Assembly (NCBI RefSeq): GCF_963921235.1
Contig: NC_086097.1
Span: forward strand, 125,180,001-125,244,000
DNA from: Mobula hypostoma
Taxonomy: Eukaryota
Direction of reading: 5' to 3'
Length of the DNA stretch: 64,000 nt
The notes under the pieces are model-generated. The model ran no database searches. It saw only the letters and a program-made list of their open reading frames with translations, and was not told where the DNA came from. Made by a program: the position numbers and the translations under genes. Of the stretch, positions 1 to 12,768 are shown in pieces. Position 1 is the stretch's first letter. Each line of letters starts with the position of its first letter.

Positions 1-103
1 AGAAATGGCCAAATTGAGTTTGAGGGCCTGGTGGAGATCGCAGCAAGGATGATAAAATTGATTAGTGCAGAAGGGAGCACCAAGGTAGTCATCAATACTG
101 CAG

Positions 104-990
104 AGTCATAGTCATAGTCATACTTTATTGATCCCGGGGGAAATTGGTTTTTGTTACAGTTGCACCATAGATAATAAACAGTAATAAAACCATAAATAGT
201 TAACTAGTAATATGTAAATTATGCCAGGAAATAAGTCCAGGACCAACCTATCGGCTCAGGGTGTCTGACCCTCCAAGGGAGGAGTTGTAAAGTTTGATGG
301 CCACAGGCAGGAATTACTTCCTATGACGCTCTGTGTTGCATCTCAGTGGAATGAGTCTCTGCTGAATGTACTCCTGTGCCCAACCAGTACATTATGTAGT
401 GGATGGGAGACATTGTCCAAGATGGCATGCAACCTGGACAGCGGCCTCTTTTCAGACACCACTGTCAGAGAGACCAGTTCCATCCCCACAACATCACTGG
501 CCTTACGAATGAGTTTGTTGATTCTGTTGGTGTCTGCTACCCTCAGCCTGCTGCCCCAGCACACAACAGCAAACATGATAGCACTGGCCACCACAGACTC
601 GTAGAACATCCTCAGCATCATCTGGCAGATGTTAAAGGACCTCAGTCTCCTCAGGAAATAGAGATGGCTCTGACCCTTCTTGTAGACAGCCTCAGTGTTC
701 TTTGACCAGTCCAGTTTATTGTCAATTCATATCCCCAGGTATTTGTAATCCTCCACCATGTCCACACTGACCCCCTGGATGGAAACAGGGGTCACCGGTA
801 CCTTAGCTCTCCTGAGGTCTACCACCAGCTCCTTAGTCTTTTCCACATTAAGCTGCAGATAATTCTGCTCACACCATGTGACAAAGTTTCCTACCATAGC
901 CCTGTACTCAGCCTCATCTCCCTTGCTGATGCATCTAACTATGGCAGAATCATCAGAAAATTTCTGAAGATGACAAGACTCTGTGCAGAG
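104..990 (-). mobile_element. Rex1/Babar-type LINE, 5'-truncated (RT C-terminus, 3' UTR and tail)
   Basis: Minus-strand ORFs CHLQKFSDDSAIV...LQLNVEKTKELVVDLRR and MLRMFYESVVASAIMFAVVCWG. AATAAA followed by an (ATGACT)n tail. TGCAGAG occurs at both ends (99-105, 984-990) as a possible TSD or microhomology. Confidence 0.85.
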
Positions 991-2669
991 CACAGAACTC
1001 TGAGAAAGAGTTAGGGAGGGTGTCAGAGCAGAACTAGAACTGTTCCAAGCTGCTAACAACAAGGGCATTTGTAGCTGGAGCCCATGCAAAGATTAAAGTT
1101 CATAGTTCAAAGTAAGTTTATTCTCAAAGTACTTGTATGTCACTATACACTCCCCTGAGATTCATTTTCTTGCAGGCATTTACAGGAAAATAAAGAAACA
1201 CTAATAGAATTTATGAAAAACTATATACATGTATAACAAAGGCTGACAAATAACCAATGTGCAAAAGAAGACAAACTACAAATACCAAAGAAACAAATAA
1301 TAATAATATTAACAGTAATTATAAATAAATAATATTGAAAACTTTAGTTATAGATTCCTTGAATGTGACGTAGGTTGTGTTCAGTGCTGAGGTGAGTGAA
1401 GTTATCCTCGTTGGTTTAGGAATTTGTTGGTTGTAGGGTCAGTGCTCACGGCTGCACCTTTGTAGAAAATGGGAGGAATTGCAAGAGACGTTATTGAGGG
1501 TAAGGACAAGTCCTGCCAGTGTTAGTGGAGGAGAATTGTTTGGTTCTTTATCCCAGAAAGAAGCAGAGGCCCCTAAGATCTTCCTAATGGGAGATGGCCA
1601 CGTGTTAAGGCTGGACAGCCACAGCAAAGATGAAAGACAGTTAGAGCCAGGAAATGGTGGAAGGTGTGATAACATTGAACACTGCAGCATAGTACAGGCC
1701 TTTGGACTCATAATGTTGTGCCAACCTTTTAACCTACTCTATGATCAGTCTAACTCTTCCCTCCTACATAGCCCTCCATTTGTCTATCATCCATGTGCCT
1801 TTCTAAGAATTTATTAAATACTCCCTAATGTATCTGCCTCTACCATCATCCTTGGAAGTGCATTCCACGCACTCACCACTCTCCATGTAAAAAAATACCT
1901 CTGACATCCCCCCTGTACTTTCCTCCAGTCACCTTAATATTATGCCCCCTTGTATTAGCTATTTCCACCCTGGGGAAAAAAGACTCTGGCTGTCCGCTTG
2001 ATCCATGAATCTAATCATTTTGTATACCTCTATCAAGTCACCTCTCATCCTCGTTTGTTCCAAAGAGAAAAGCCTTAGCTCACTCAAACTATCCTCATAA
2101 GATATGTTCTCCCGTCCAGGCAGAATCCAGGCAAACCTCCTCTCACCTTCCTATAATGAGATGACCAGAACTAATACTTCGTTCATTTGCCTTCTCATTG
2201 TCTGTGTGAAGGTGCTGCTCTTTTTCACAAAATTCAGACACAAGAGTGTCCCAGATGTCGGTGGAAAGGGAATGAACAAGAGCAGGCACAACAGAGTTGA
2301 GGTACAAAGAGATAGCTTCCGTGGGGTAAGAGCGGGCAGAAACAACGGAACTACAAGGACAGTCTGGTTTCTGGTGCTTTTGTAAAAAAACGTAGAAACA
2401 TGAGGTGTGGGACTGATTGGAGATTGTGAAGGGGAGATCTGCTGGAACCTAACCTGCTGTAGATTCCTAACAAATGTTAATGATTGGAGCAAATCACATT
2501 TAATCTAATTATGGAGTTTCATTTTGAACATCTGTGTAGCTATTCTCACTTGCTGACTACATAAGGCACCTTGGGTTCCACACCACCAGGCTCAGGAACA
2601 GTTATTACCCTTCAACCATCGAGCTCCTGAACCAGTGTGGATAACTTCACAACACTGAACTGATCACTG

Positions 2670-3500
2670 AACGCAACCTCCTACCACCAAACACATCTCC
2701 AATGGGATCCTACCATCAAACGTATCTTTACCTCCGCTTTCTGCAGGGATCACTCACTCTGTGATTCCCCTGTCCATTTGTCCCTCCCGGCGCTTCACCC
2801 TGCAAACGACCTAAATGTTACATCTGCCTCACCTCCATTCAGGGCCCCATACCATCCTTCCAGGTGAGGCAACACCTCACTTGTGAATATGCTGGGGTCA
2901 TATATTGTGTCTGGCCTTCCAGAAGTGTCCTCCTCGACTTTGGTGGGACCTGTCGTAAATTGGGGTCTGCTCCATGGGGCACCTTCACTCCATTCACCAA
3001 AAGCAGAACTTCCCAATGGCCGAATATTATAATTCCCATTCCCGTTCCAAAATGTCGGTCTATGTTCTCCACTTGTGGCAGGAGGTCACCGTCAAGGTGG
3101 ATGAGCAAAACCTTATACTCCATCTGGGTAGCCTCCAACCTGATGGGATGAATATTGATTTCCCTCCCACACCCCTCGACTGCTATCTGCCACTCTTACC
3201 CCTTTCTCACCTGCCTATCATCTTCCCCTGGGTCCCCTCCTCCTTGCCTTTCTCCTGTTGTCCACTCTCCTCTCCTATCAGATTCCTTCATCTCCAGTCC
3301 TTTTCCTTTCCCACCCACCTGGCTTCACCTATCACCTTCTAGCTAGTCCTCCTTCCCCTCCTCCGCCACCTTTTTATTTTGGTGTCTACCTCCTTCCTTT
3401 CCACTCCTGAAGAAGGGTCTTGGCCCAAAACATCAGCTGTTTATTCATTTCCATAGATGCTGCCTGACCTGCTGAACTCTTCCAGTATTTTGTGTGTCGC
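2670..3500 (+). mobile_element. Penelope-like element 3' fragment (decayed GIY-YIG plus 3' UTR)
   Basis: RQHLTCEYAGVIYCVW and ...EQNLILHLGSLQPDGMNIDF are homologous to the element at 41381-43688. Pyrimidine-rich UTR and a decayed hammerhead motif at ~3402-3440. Confidence 0.85.
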
Positions 3501-4164
3501 GTCCTCAGTATTATTTATTTATTACTATTTGTTTCTTTTTTGTATTTGCACAGTTTGTCTTCTTTTGCACATTGGTTATTGTCAGTCATAACGTGTAGTT
3601 TTTCACTGAGTATATTGTATTTCTTTCTATCTACTGTGAATTCCTGCAAGAAAATGAATCTCAGGGTAGTATATGGTGAGATATACATACTTTGATAATA
3701 AATGTACTTTAAAAATGAGCGTGTTTGCGATTTCAGGCCCAATTTAATGAAAAAATATCCCCCAAATAACACGTTAGATTAATTTCAACTGTAAGTCACA
3801 AATTTTCCTGAGGTTACAGTAAAGTGAATGTAAATGTGCTGTTGTCTGACATTTGTGCACGGTTTAAATTTCTATTGCTGATCACTGGACCTAACTGGCT
3901 CTGAAACAGGAAACCCGTGTCAAATACAACAGCATATTTACATAACATATTAAACAAAGTAAATAGATCAAAATACTCCACATAATAGAACAAAGAATTA
4001 GGAACAGGTGTGGTCAAGTACATTTTTTTAAACTAGAGTCTTTGAGAATGGAAGGATTTGGAAAGCAGTTAAGAGATGCATGTGATATATTCACTGTACA
4101 TTCCATTTGTACAATAAACTGTAGTTGCTGATCTTTTGGGAAGCTACGTTACTGGAATATTTGA

Positions 4165-4640
4165 GTAACACGCACAAAATGCTGGAGGAATGCAGTAGCA
4201 TCTATGGAGAGGAATAAACAGCCACTATTTTGGGCCGAGACTCTTCATCAAGACAAGGAGTACAAGCTGGCAAGTGATGGGTGAAACTAGGTGAGGGGGA
4301 AAGTGGGTGGGTGGGGGAGGTGGGATAAAGTGAGAAGCTGAGAGGTGATAAGGCTGAAGGAGAAGAGATCTCACAGGAGAGGAGAGTGGACCATGGGAGA
4401 AAGGGAAAGAGAATGGGCAGGTGAGGAGAAGGGAAGAGATAAGAAGGGGGGCAGAATGGGGAATGGAAAGCGAGATAAGTGGGGAGGGGGAGAAATTTCC
4501 AGTAGTTAGAATAATCAGTGTTCACGCTGTCAGGTTGAGGCTACACCAATGAAATGAGGTGTGTTTCTCCAACCTGAGAGTGGTCTCAAGAAGAGCACGG
4601 ACCGACATGTAGGATTGGAAATGGGAAGTAGGATTCAAGT
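4165..4640 (-). mobile_element. Penelope-like element 3' fragment
   Basis: Reverse-complement similarity to the PLE 3' UTR and terminus (acacgcacaaaatgctggaggaa..., gggccgagactcttcatca). Confidence 0.8.
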
Positions 4641-4984
4641 GGGTAACCAGTACAATCATAAGCACCCACTTCTGTTTGTGACTTACTGGAATATTGTGTT
4701 GATACATGTGAATGGCTTTGCCCATATTAACAGACATTCATGTTTTCAGTATGGTAAAGACAGTAAGTATCTTTTAAGTCTTTTATCCATTTTGCATTTA
4801 TTTGACTATGGATAACGACACTACATATTTTATTGGTAGGTTTATAATCAAGCTACAGAGAATATGAACTGTTCTTGTTTGTATTTCCATATTTCTTTAG
4901 TTACCACCCTGCTCTTAAAGACAAGTTCTATGTAATGCAAACTATATGAAAACCTCAGCACACCTGTTCAATCTAACATATATA

Positions 4985-5388
4985 ATCAGTGGCTATTTTA
5001 TTCAGTACACCTGTCCACCTGCTTATTAATGCAAATATCTAATCAGCCAACAACGTGACAGCCATTCAATAACGAAAAGCATGCAGACATGGTCAAGAGA
5101 TTCAGTTGTTGTTCAGGTCAAATATCAGAATGGGGAAGAAATGTGATCCAAGTGACTTAGAATGTGGAATGATTGTTGATGCCAGACGAGGCAGTTTGAG
5201 TATCTCAGAAATCTCCTGGGATTTTAACACAAATGGTTTCTAGAATTTACAGAGAATGGTGTGAGAACAAAAAAATCTCTGAGTGCAAACCACGTCCAAC
5301 TTTGAAATGGGTGAGCTACAGCAACAGAAGACCATGAACATACACTCAGTGGCCACTTTATTAGGTAAACGAGTTGGCCACTGAATAT
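4985..5388 (+). mobile_element. Non-autonomous Tc1-like DNA transposon, ~0.4-0.5 kb family, copy 1
   Basis: cagtggc...ccactg termini and a remnant of the transposase N-terminus (GKKCD.SD..GMIV.AR...LSISE). Confidence 0.8.
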
Positions 5389-5444
5389 ATATGACCTCGT
5401 AGAATGATATGTGGGATCGGTGGCTGGCTACATAGGGAAACTTC

Positions 5445-7585
5445 AATGAGAATATTAGCATGATTAAACACTACATGGCCAGGTCAAACCAGAAACCATG
5501 GCTGACTGCAGAGTTTCGTGCACTACTTAGGGATCGGGATGCTGTCTTCAGGTCAGGGTATAGGTCAACTCTAAGTTTAGCAAGAACTGCTCCCTCCTGT
5601 GCCACCAGGAAGGCAAAGTGTGAGTACGCACAGAAAATCCATGGGCACCTCTGTGACACCAGTGACACGCGACACTTGTAGCAAAGTATACAAACCATAA
5701 CCGATTACAAGTCCAGCCGTGCGTCAATGACAGTGATGCCTCCCTTCCTTTTAGGCTGAATGCTATTGACGATTTGACCAATTGAATGATGTGACATCGA
5801 GGAAAGCCCCATCTCTTCCTGAGGGACAGACACCCTGAATGGCCGCAGGCGCAGTGAGGAGGACCCTAGTCGGGGTAAACCCATGCAAAGCTGCAGGGAC
5901 GGATGACATAATTGTTCAAGTGCTGACAGACTGTGCAGCCCAGCTAACAGAGGTCTCAATTGACACCTTTAATATCTCTCTGAGACAGTCCACTGTCCCT
6001 GCAAGCTTCAAGGCAGCCACCATCATTTTGGTGCACAAGAGAACAATGATAATTAGCCTAAATGATTACCACCCAGCAGCACTGACTTCAACAATCATGA
6101 AGTACTATACTTTCAGCAGCTAGTAATGGATCATATAAAATCCCACCTTCCAGCTACATTGGACCCTTTCCAGTTTGCCAACCGCTTAAACCTGTCCACT
6201 GATGATGCCATAGCCTTGGCCCTCTACTCTGTCCTGTCCCACCTAGAAAACGATGCCTCACTCACCAGAATGTTGTTTATTGACTTCAGATCAGCATAAC
6301 ACAATCATCCATAAGACCACAAGACATAGGAGCAGAATTAGGCCATTTGGCCCATTGAGTTTGCTCCACCATTTCATCATGGCTGATCCAATTTTCTTCT
6401 TGGTACCAATCTCTTGCCTTCTCCCCATATCCCTTCATGCCCTGACCAATCAAGAACCTATCAACTTCTGCCTTAAATATACATAAAGACTTTGCCTCCA
6501 GAGCTGCCCATGGCAAAGAATTCCACAGTTTCACCACCCTCTGGCTGGAGGGTAAACTGTCTTTGTTGGAACCGGACACCTCTCTCTGCAGCTGGATCAT
6601 GGACTTTTTGACAGAAGGACTCCAGTCAGTCAGAGTTGGCAGCAACATTTCAAGCTCCACCACGCTGAGCATTGGTGCCCAGCAGGGCCGTGTGCTCAGC
6701 TCACTGCTGTTTGTGTTGCTAACTCACAACTGCACTGTCAGATCCAGCTCAAACCGCATCATCAAGTTCGCTGATGATACAACAATGGTTGGCCTCAATG
6801 GCAACAATGATGATTCGGCATACGGAGAGGAGGTCGAGACTTGCTGTATGAGAACAACAATCTGAGTTTCAATGTGGAAAAGGCAAAGAGATGATTGTGG
6901 ATTTCAGGAAGGTGCAGTTTGACCGCTGTCCATTGCACATCAATGGCTCTGCCACGGAGAGAGTGAAGAGCACAAAGTTCCATGCCGTGAACATAATGGA
7001 CGATCTAACCTGGACCCACAGCACCTCCTCATTCGTCAAGGCGGCAGAGTAGAGTCTAGGCATTCTGAGGAGTTTGAGGTCTGCCTCATTCCAACAACTT
7101 TCGACAAGAGCTACCTCGAGAGTGTCCTGTCTGGCTGCATCATTGTGTGGTACAGAAGCTGCAAAGCCCAGTGGAGGACAGTAAAAACCGCCAAGAGGAT
7201 CATCGGGGTCTCCCTCCCGACTCTTTGTGACATTTACTGGGAGTCTTGTGGACGAAGGATCCAAAGCATTGTTGATCATCCCTACCCCCATCACATCCCA
7301 CCATCTCTTTGATCAAGTACCATCAAGGAGATTCTTCCCTCAGGCTGTGAGACTAGCGAATACCCTGCCATCACTGAGGTCTCAGCACGAGGATAGCAAG
7401 CTCTTTACTGTATTGCTTACCTGTGCTCCACTGTATTACTGTACATGCATTTTGAACTATATTTGATTAACTTATGACCTGAGTTCCACGTGTGATATAT
7501 GTATTGTGAGTGAACTTGGTCCAGAGGAATGTTGTTTCATTTGATTGCATATCTGTACAGTCAGATGACAATAAACTTGAACTTG
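5445..7585 (+). mobile_element. Rex1/Babar-type LINE, degenerate RT region
   Basis: KPWLTAEFRALLRDRDAVFRSG, VNPCKAAGTD, SLCSWIMDFLT...GAQQGRVLSSLLF, IIKFADDTTMVG. Ends in aataaacttgaacttga. Interrupted by a CR1 3' fragment. Confidence 0.85.
6311..6546 (-). mobile_element. CR1 LINE 3' end inserted into the Rex-type LINE
   Basis: SQRVVKLWNSLP..ALEAKSL.IFKAEVDRFLIGQGMKGYG plus the CR1 3' hairpin and tail. Confidence 0.85.
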
Positions 7586-9627
7586 ATCGGTTGCTTTGGT
7601 GTTACAAAACAAATAATGGTCAATCTTTGCTGAATTCAAGGTGTTCCATTGCTTGTAACAAATATTAGTAGCTTTCTGCTTTTCCACCTCTGAGGAAGTG
7701 TGGCCTGGAAAAAAAAGAGGAAATGCTGTAGACATCAAGACGGAACAACTTTCTGAGAGGAACTGACAAGATAACATTTTAGATACAATCTCTCAGAAAA
7801 GCAGAACAAGTAGATGTTCTTCCTTTCAGATAAACAAGTCACACCCTTAGCATCGGTGCATTCATTTTCAAGTATTGCCCAGATTCATATTTAATTATCA
7901 CATGTACATTGAAACATACGGTGAAAAGCATTGCTTGCATTAACAACCAACACAATCTAAAGATGTGCTGGGGACAACCTGCAACTGTCGCTACATGTTC
8001 CAGCGCCAACCTAGCATGCTTACCACGCTTGACAGAACAACACAGATCACACCAAGACAGAACTTACAAAATGACAATGCAACCACAGCAAAGCAAGTCC
8101 CATTCTCCCTCCTACCACCCATGTATATACATGGTCCTCTAAGCCCCGGACAGGTCACCTTAGGCCGCCAGCCTTCAGTGGATCCATGGATTTGCAGACA
8201 TTGGCCTTCGACATCCACAGCGGACTCGCAGACTCAAGGTTCTGCCATCGTTTCTCAGCTCCTGGATCTCTGATCGACCTTCAGGCTTTGATCTAGGGTG
8301 CTGATGAATGAGGACCTGAGCACTGGACCTTGTACACCAGTCTTGCCTACCTGCGTACCTAGGAGGTCACCAGCCCTCATTCCTTTCCTCCTGCCTGCAT
8401 GAAATCTGATCCTGGAACACGCTGACAACCTAGTGATCTGGGTGGAGCCGGGGAGGCACCAGACCTCATCCTCGCTGGTCAGCTGGCTCGACATCTGACC
8501 ATGGGTGTCCTCTGTCACATGTCCACGTCACTGGCCTTTGAATGCAGATCAGTGGCTTATACTCTAGCCTGCCCTCTAGTTTCAGATGGCGCTGATGAAT
8601 CACAGCGACAGCAAAAAAAAACTACTAACTACTCTATTAATTACACTTCTTCTGGAAAAAGATCACTGTAATCAATAGCCTGTAACTTATCTTTTGGAGT
8701 TGAGCTTCCAAACTGCCTGCACGACCTGGCATTTTAGTGTCGTGAACTGAAGTCTCGAAGGTTCAGGACGGTTACACCGTGGCGTGTATGGGGCCTGGGC
8801 CTGAAAGTGAGGAACAAGTCAATGTATGGTCATTGCTGGAGAGGACTTGGAGACAATTCAAGGCGGCAGATCTGAGGTGAGGCAGAGTCGAGTTGGTAGC
8901 GCATGGGTCCAAGAGCTAGCAACAAGACAATGTTTGACGATTTAAGTGCCGGGCCAGATTGGAAAGGTCAGGTGCGGGCCAAATCGAGGCAGTGGGGCCC
9001 GGGCCCAAGAGCATATCAAAGCAACAGGGCCCAGGTCCAGGAGTAATGACCCAATATTCGGCCGATTTAAGCACCAGGCCATATTGAAAAGGTCAGGGGT
9101 TCAGGATGTCAAGGCTGGAGGCGAGGGACGGGCCAGTGTTCGGCTTGCTGCTTGGCGAGGTTTACTCATCTCCGCACTGAACTGAGGTCGTGGCCTGTAA
9201 CCAACGAGCTCTTGGACCAGATGCAGTGTTGACTGGCTTCATGGCTCTGAACTCAGCTTCGCTAACTTTAGTTCTGAGTGCTATTTGCTTGTTTTTTTTA
9301 TTGTTTGGATGATTTGGGGGTTTTTTTTTTGCACATTGGGAGTTTGCCGGTCTACTTTTTTAACTGGTTCTATTGGGTTTCTTTGTTTTGCAGCTGCCTG
9401 TGGGAGACAAATCTCGGGTTGTATGCAGTGTACCTATGATAATAAATGGAATTTGAACTCTGAACTTTGAGTTTCCCAACATTCCTATCCATAAACCCTA
9501 ACCTGACCCCTAACTCCCCTTTCTGTCCTCAAAAGCAATTCTACTAATCTAAGAAAACTAAAAAACCAATGTCTCAATATGCTGAAAAATTAGAATATTT
9601 ATTGTGGATTTCTACTATCTGTAGCAG

Positions 9628-9846
9628 TGTGGCGACCCACTTTCTACACAAGTGAACCGGCTCATAAAATAGCCGGCGTGCGGGGAGAGACTTTTGTAAT
9701 GCACCTCTGACGTCATTTCCGCCCAGAGAGGGCTGGGGAGGAGCTGCTTAAAAGCCAGTGCCGCGAAGTTTGAACAAACAAGTCTAGAGTGCGACTTACC
9801 GACTGCGTGTCGTTATTTCTAGCTCTGTGCATAGCACATCGCTACA
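9628..9846 (+). mobile_element. Short solo LTR (219 bp, Gypsy-like)
   Basis: TGTGGCGA...TCGCTACA inverted termini, flanks GCAG/GTAG (imperfect TSD), internal TATA-like TTAAAA, and CpG-rich relative to its flanks. Confidence 0.7.
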
Positions 9847-10923
9847 GTAGTTTATTTATAAATAATTGTCCAAAATGTATGTTGCAGAATCCTACTTTCC
9901 CTAGGCATATTCCAAATATTCAGATGGAATCTGTGCTTTTATCTTGATATCAGATTTTCCCTGATGATCACTTGCTGCTCTCAGTTCTCAAGGCGAGTTC
10001 CATCACACTGACTCCACAGAGTCCTGGCACAGGATTAACGTTACAGAAGTCATTAGAAATTCTAAACTCTTTATGAGTCTGATACTTGATCCTCACTCCT
10101 CCAGCTCACGTATACATCACTGTATACTATCTTGAGATTCATTTTCTTGCAGGCATTCACTGTAGAAAAAAAGGGGTCACAATAGGATGAATGAAAAGCT
10201 ACACACAGAGACTGATAAAATAACCAACGTGCAAAAGACAAGCTGTGCAAATACAAAAAAAAAACAAATAATAAAAAATAAGTGAGTTGTGGTGAGTAAA
10301 GTTATCCACACTGGTTCAGCATTCCAATGGTTGAAGGGTGATAACTGTTTCCGAACCCGGTGGTAAGCCATCCCAAACACATCCTCTCTCCCTCTCTTTC
10401 CTCCCTACAAAAATATTACAAATCCTGCCACTTTGTTGAATCTGTCTTTACCCTCTTTGCGGCGCATAAACCGTGATTAAGAATGGTTTCTTCAGTAAGA
10501 TGCAGTACAATGGGACCTCAGGCAGATGACTATGTTCCATATTCAAGAATCGACAATGCATGCCAACAGCTTATACAACAGCACAGAGTATCCTGTCTGG
10601 TTGCACAACGATCTGGTATGGAAACACCAGAGTTCAAGGATGGACAAACCTACAAAATGTTGGGGATACAGCCCAGTCCATCACAGGGAAAGCCCTCTCC
10701 ACCATTGAGCACATCAACAAGGAGTGCTGGCACAAGAAAGCAGAAGCCATCATCAAGGACCACACCATACAGACCATGCTCTATTCTCACTACTACCATC
10801 AGTCAGCAGGTACAGGAGCCTTGAGTGGACAACTTCACTCACCCCAACACTGAACACAACGTTCCATAGACACAGGTTCAGGTCGCTTCCTGACCTGAAA
10901 ACGAGATCAATTATTTCCTTTAT

Positions 10924-11239
10924 GGCACAGTAGAGCAGCGTTCAGTGTAGAACTACTACCACCTCAGTGACCTGAGGTCACATCCTGATGCTGACTGTAA
11001 GCTGTTTGTTCATTCTCCCCATGACCGTGTTGGTTTCCTCTGGGTACTCCCGTTCCCTCTCATGTTCCAAAGATGTACAGTTATTGTTAGTAAGTTGTGG
11101 GTATGCTACGTTGGTGCAGGAAGCCTGGTGACACATGAAGGTTGCCCCCAGCAGATCCTCAGACTGTGTTGGCTGTCGGTGCAAATGACACATTTCACTG
11201 GATGTTTTGCTGTACATGTGACAAATAAAGCTAATCTTT
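10924..11239 (+). mobile_element. tRNA-derived V-SINE/HE1-like SINE
   Basis: Head ggcacagtag..., core gttcattctccccatgaccgtgttggtttcctctgggtactcc, tail ...acatgtgacaaataaagctaatc. Related copies at ~18909-19133, 25020-25275, 36850-37030(-), 51905-52203(-), 54899-55012, 59000-59162, 60350-60665(-) and 62226-62475(-). Confidence 0.75.
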
Positions 11240-12197
11240 TGTTTTTTCCCTGCATATTTAGATCTACAATTGGACAAGTTTGTCATGTTTTGCGCAGTGA
11301 ATATGCCTATATCTACCCACAGCTCTAATCCTGACCTAGATATACCTGTATATATGAATTGGCAATCATCACATTCTGATTTGAATTACATTTTTATATT
11401 TGCAACGGATTTGTAGAAAATGAAGTATGCAATAGATAACCAATCCCACATCTTAAGTCTACAGTCAGCGTCTCCACTAGTTTGTATCAGAATTGTGAAT
11501 AATAGGTAGCATAACTGGGAGTAATTACTAACAGTAATCTAATCAAGTGGTATTATAAAACACCAAAGCAAACTACAGTGGTTTATAACTTGTCATTTGA
11601 TTCCTGAGATTAGATTACTCCCCTTGAAACTACTCCAACTGTTGTTTTCTGAAAGTATATGCTACAAACTTCATGGAATAGTTTTATTCAGTTTTGTTTC
11701 CCTTCCAGCGCCAACAACAGGTGTCAGAGCAGATGGTGACTGTCAGGCTATTGACATATGGACTGAATAGTTCTGAGTGCAACAGTATTATACTTCTAAA
11801 CAAGAATTAATTTGAACGAAGAAGGCACCATAAATTTCCTATCCGAAGATGCAGTCACATTTCCCTTCTACGTTAACTGTTAAGATAATCCGTTTCCTCC
11901 GTCAGAAATACCTTCTTTCAAGAATCTGCTTGATTTTATTGCTTAAGAAACATTACTTTCACCCTCTCCCTCTCACTCTCCACGGTCGTCTCTCCACCGC
12001 TTGAATACACCTTAATTTTATAGTTCATTCAGCTGTCCTCGGCCAATTTCCTTTATTTCACACTGTCACCTCACAGCTCCCCTCCGTCTTCCGGACGCGG
12101 ATGAAGCGCAGGAATCGCATCTGCCTGCGTCTCCCCCCGTCCCCAGCAGTTAGCTACACGGCGCACTCGCTCAGGTGCAGCAGTACCTGTCGCTCTC

Positions 12198-12200
<3 letters not shown>

Positions 12201-12260
<60 letters not shown>
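12201..12260. repeat. (GT)30 microsatellite
   Basis: Perfect GT dinucleotide run about 490 bp upstream of the ATG. Confidence 0.99.
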
Positions 12261-12262
<2 letters not shown>

Positions 12263-12748
12263 GATAGGCGGATCAACGCACCTTCCGTCCATTCACTTAC
12301 CTGCTTTCGACGGCTGGTACCGCCCACTGGAATCTGTAAGCGCCTAGTTCGCAAAAACGCAACTCCCTCACCCTCCTGCAAGCGCCTCATCCAGTTGAAA
12401 CCTGCATTTTCATACACACCTTAAAAAAAACACCTTTCTCCCCCCCAAGTCTTTACTACCGTTCCCGCCTACTCACAGTCCGACCATTGTACACCTGAGG
12501 GCTGGGATGGTAGTGGTGGTGCGGGGGGGGGGGGGTTAGTGCTGATTTTTATCTCCCTCCCTGCCGTGCGGTCCCGCAAATCTCATGCAAGTCCAGGTAA
12601 ATCGAGGGGCTGTCCTTAACGCACCGGTTCTGCAGAGAGCGCAAAAGAGGAATTACCTGTAGTCCGGGTTCTGCAGTTAGACCACACCGCACCGACTTGA
12701 AAGTCCAGTTCCGCAAGAAGAGAACCCAGGATAGAGCTGGAGAGAAAT

Positions 12749-12768
12749 ATGTCACAGGAGACGGACAA
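12749..12768 (+). CDS. grhl2: grhl2 coding exon 1 (MSQETD-N, split codon, phase 2)
   Basis: ATGTCACAGGAGACGGACAA followed by a perfect donor GTAAGT at 12769, with A at -3 of the ATG. Matches the recalled 20-nt first coding exon of vertebrate GRHL2 (human MSQESDN). Lies in a CpG-rich region. Confidence 0.93.

Noticed and set aside
12101..12424. ORFs with CVCVCV / THTHTH runs
   Set aside because: These are translations of the GT microsatellite.
12585..12662. 25-codon upstream ORF before the grhl2 ATG
   Set aside because: The TSS is unknown, so it may not be transcribed. The start context is weak and there is no further support.
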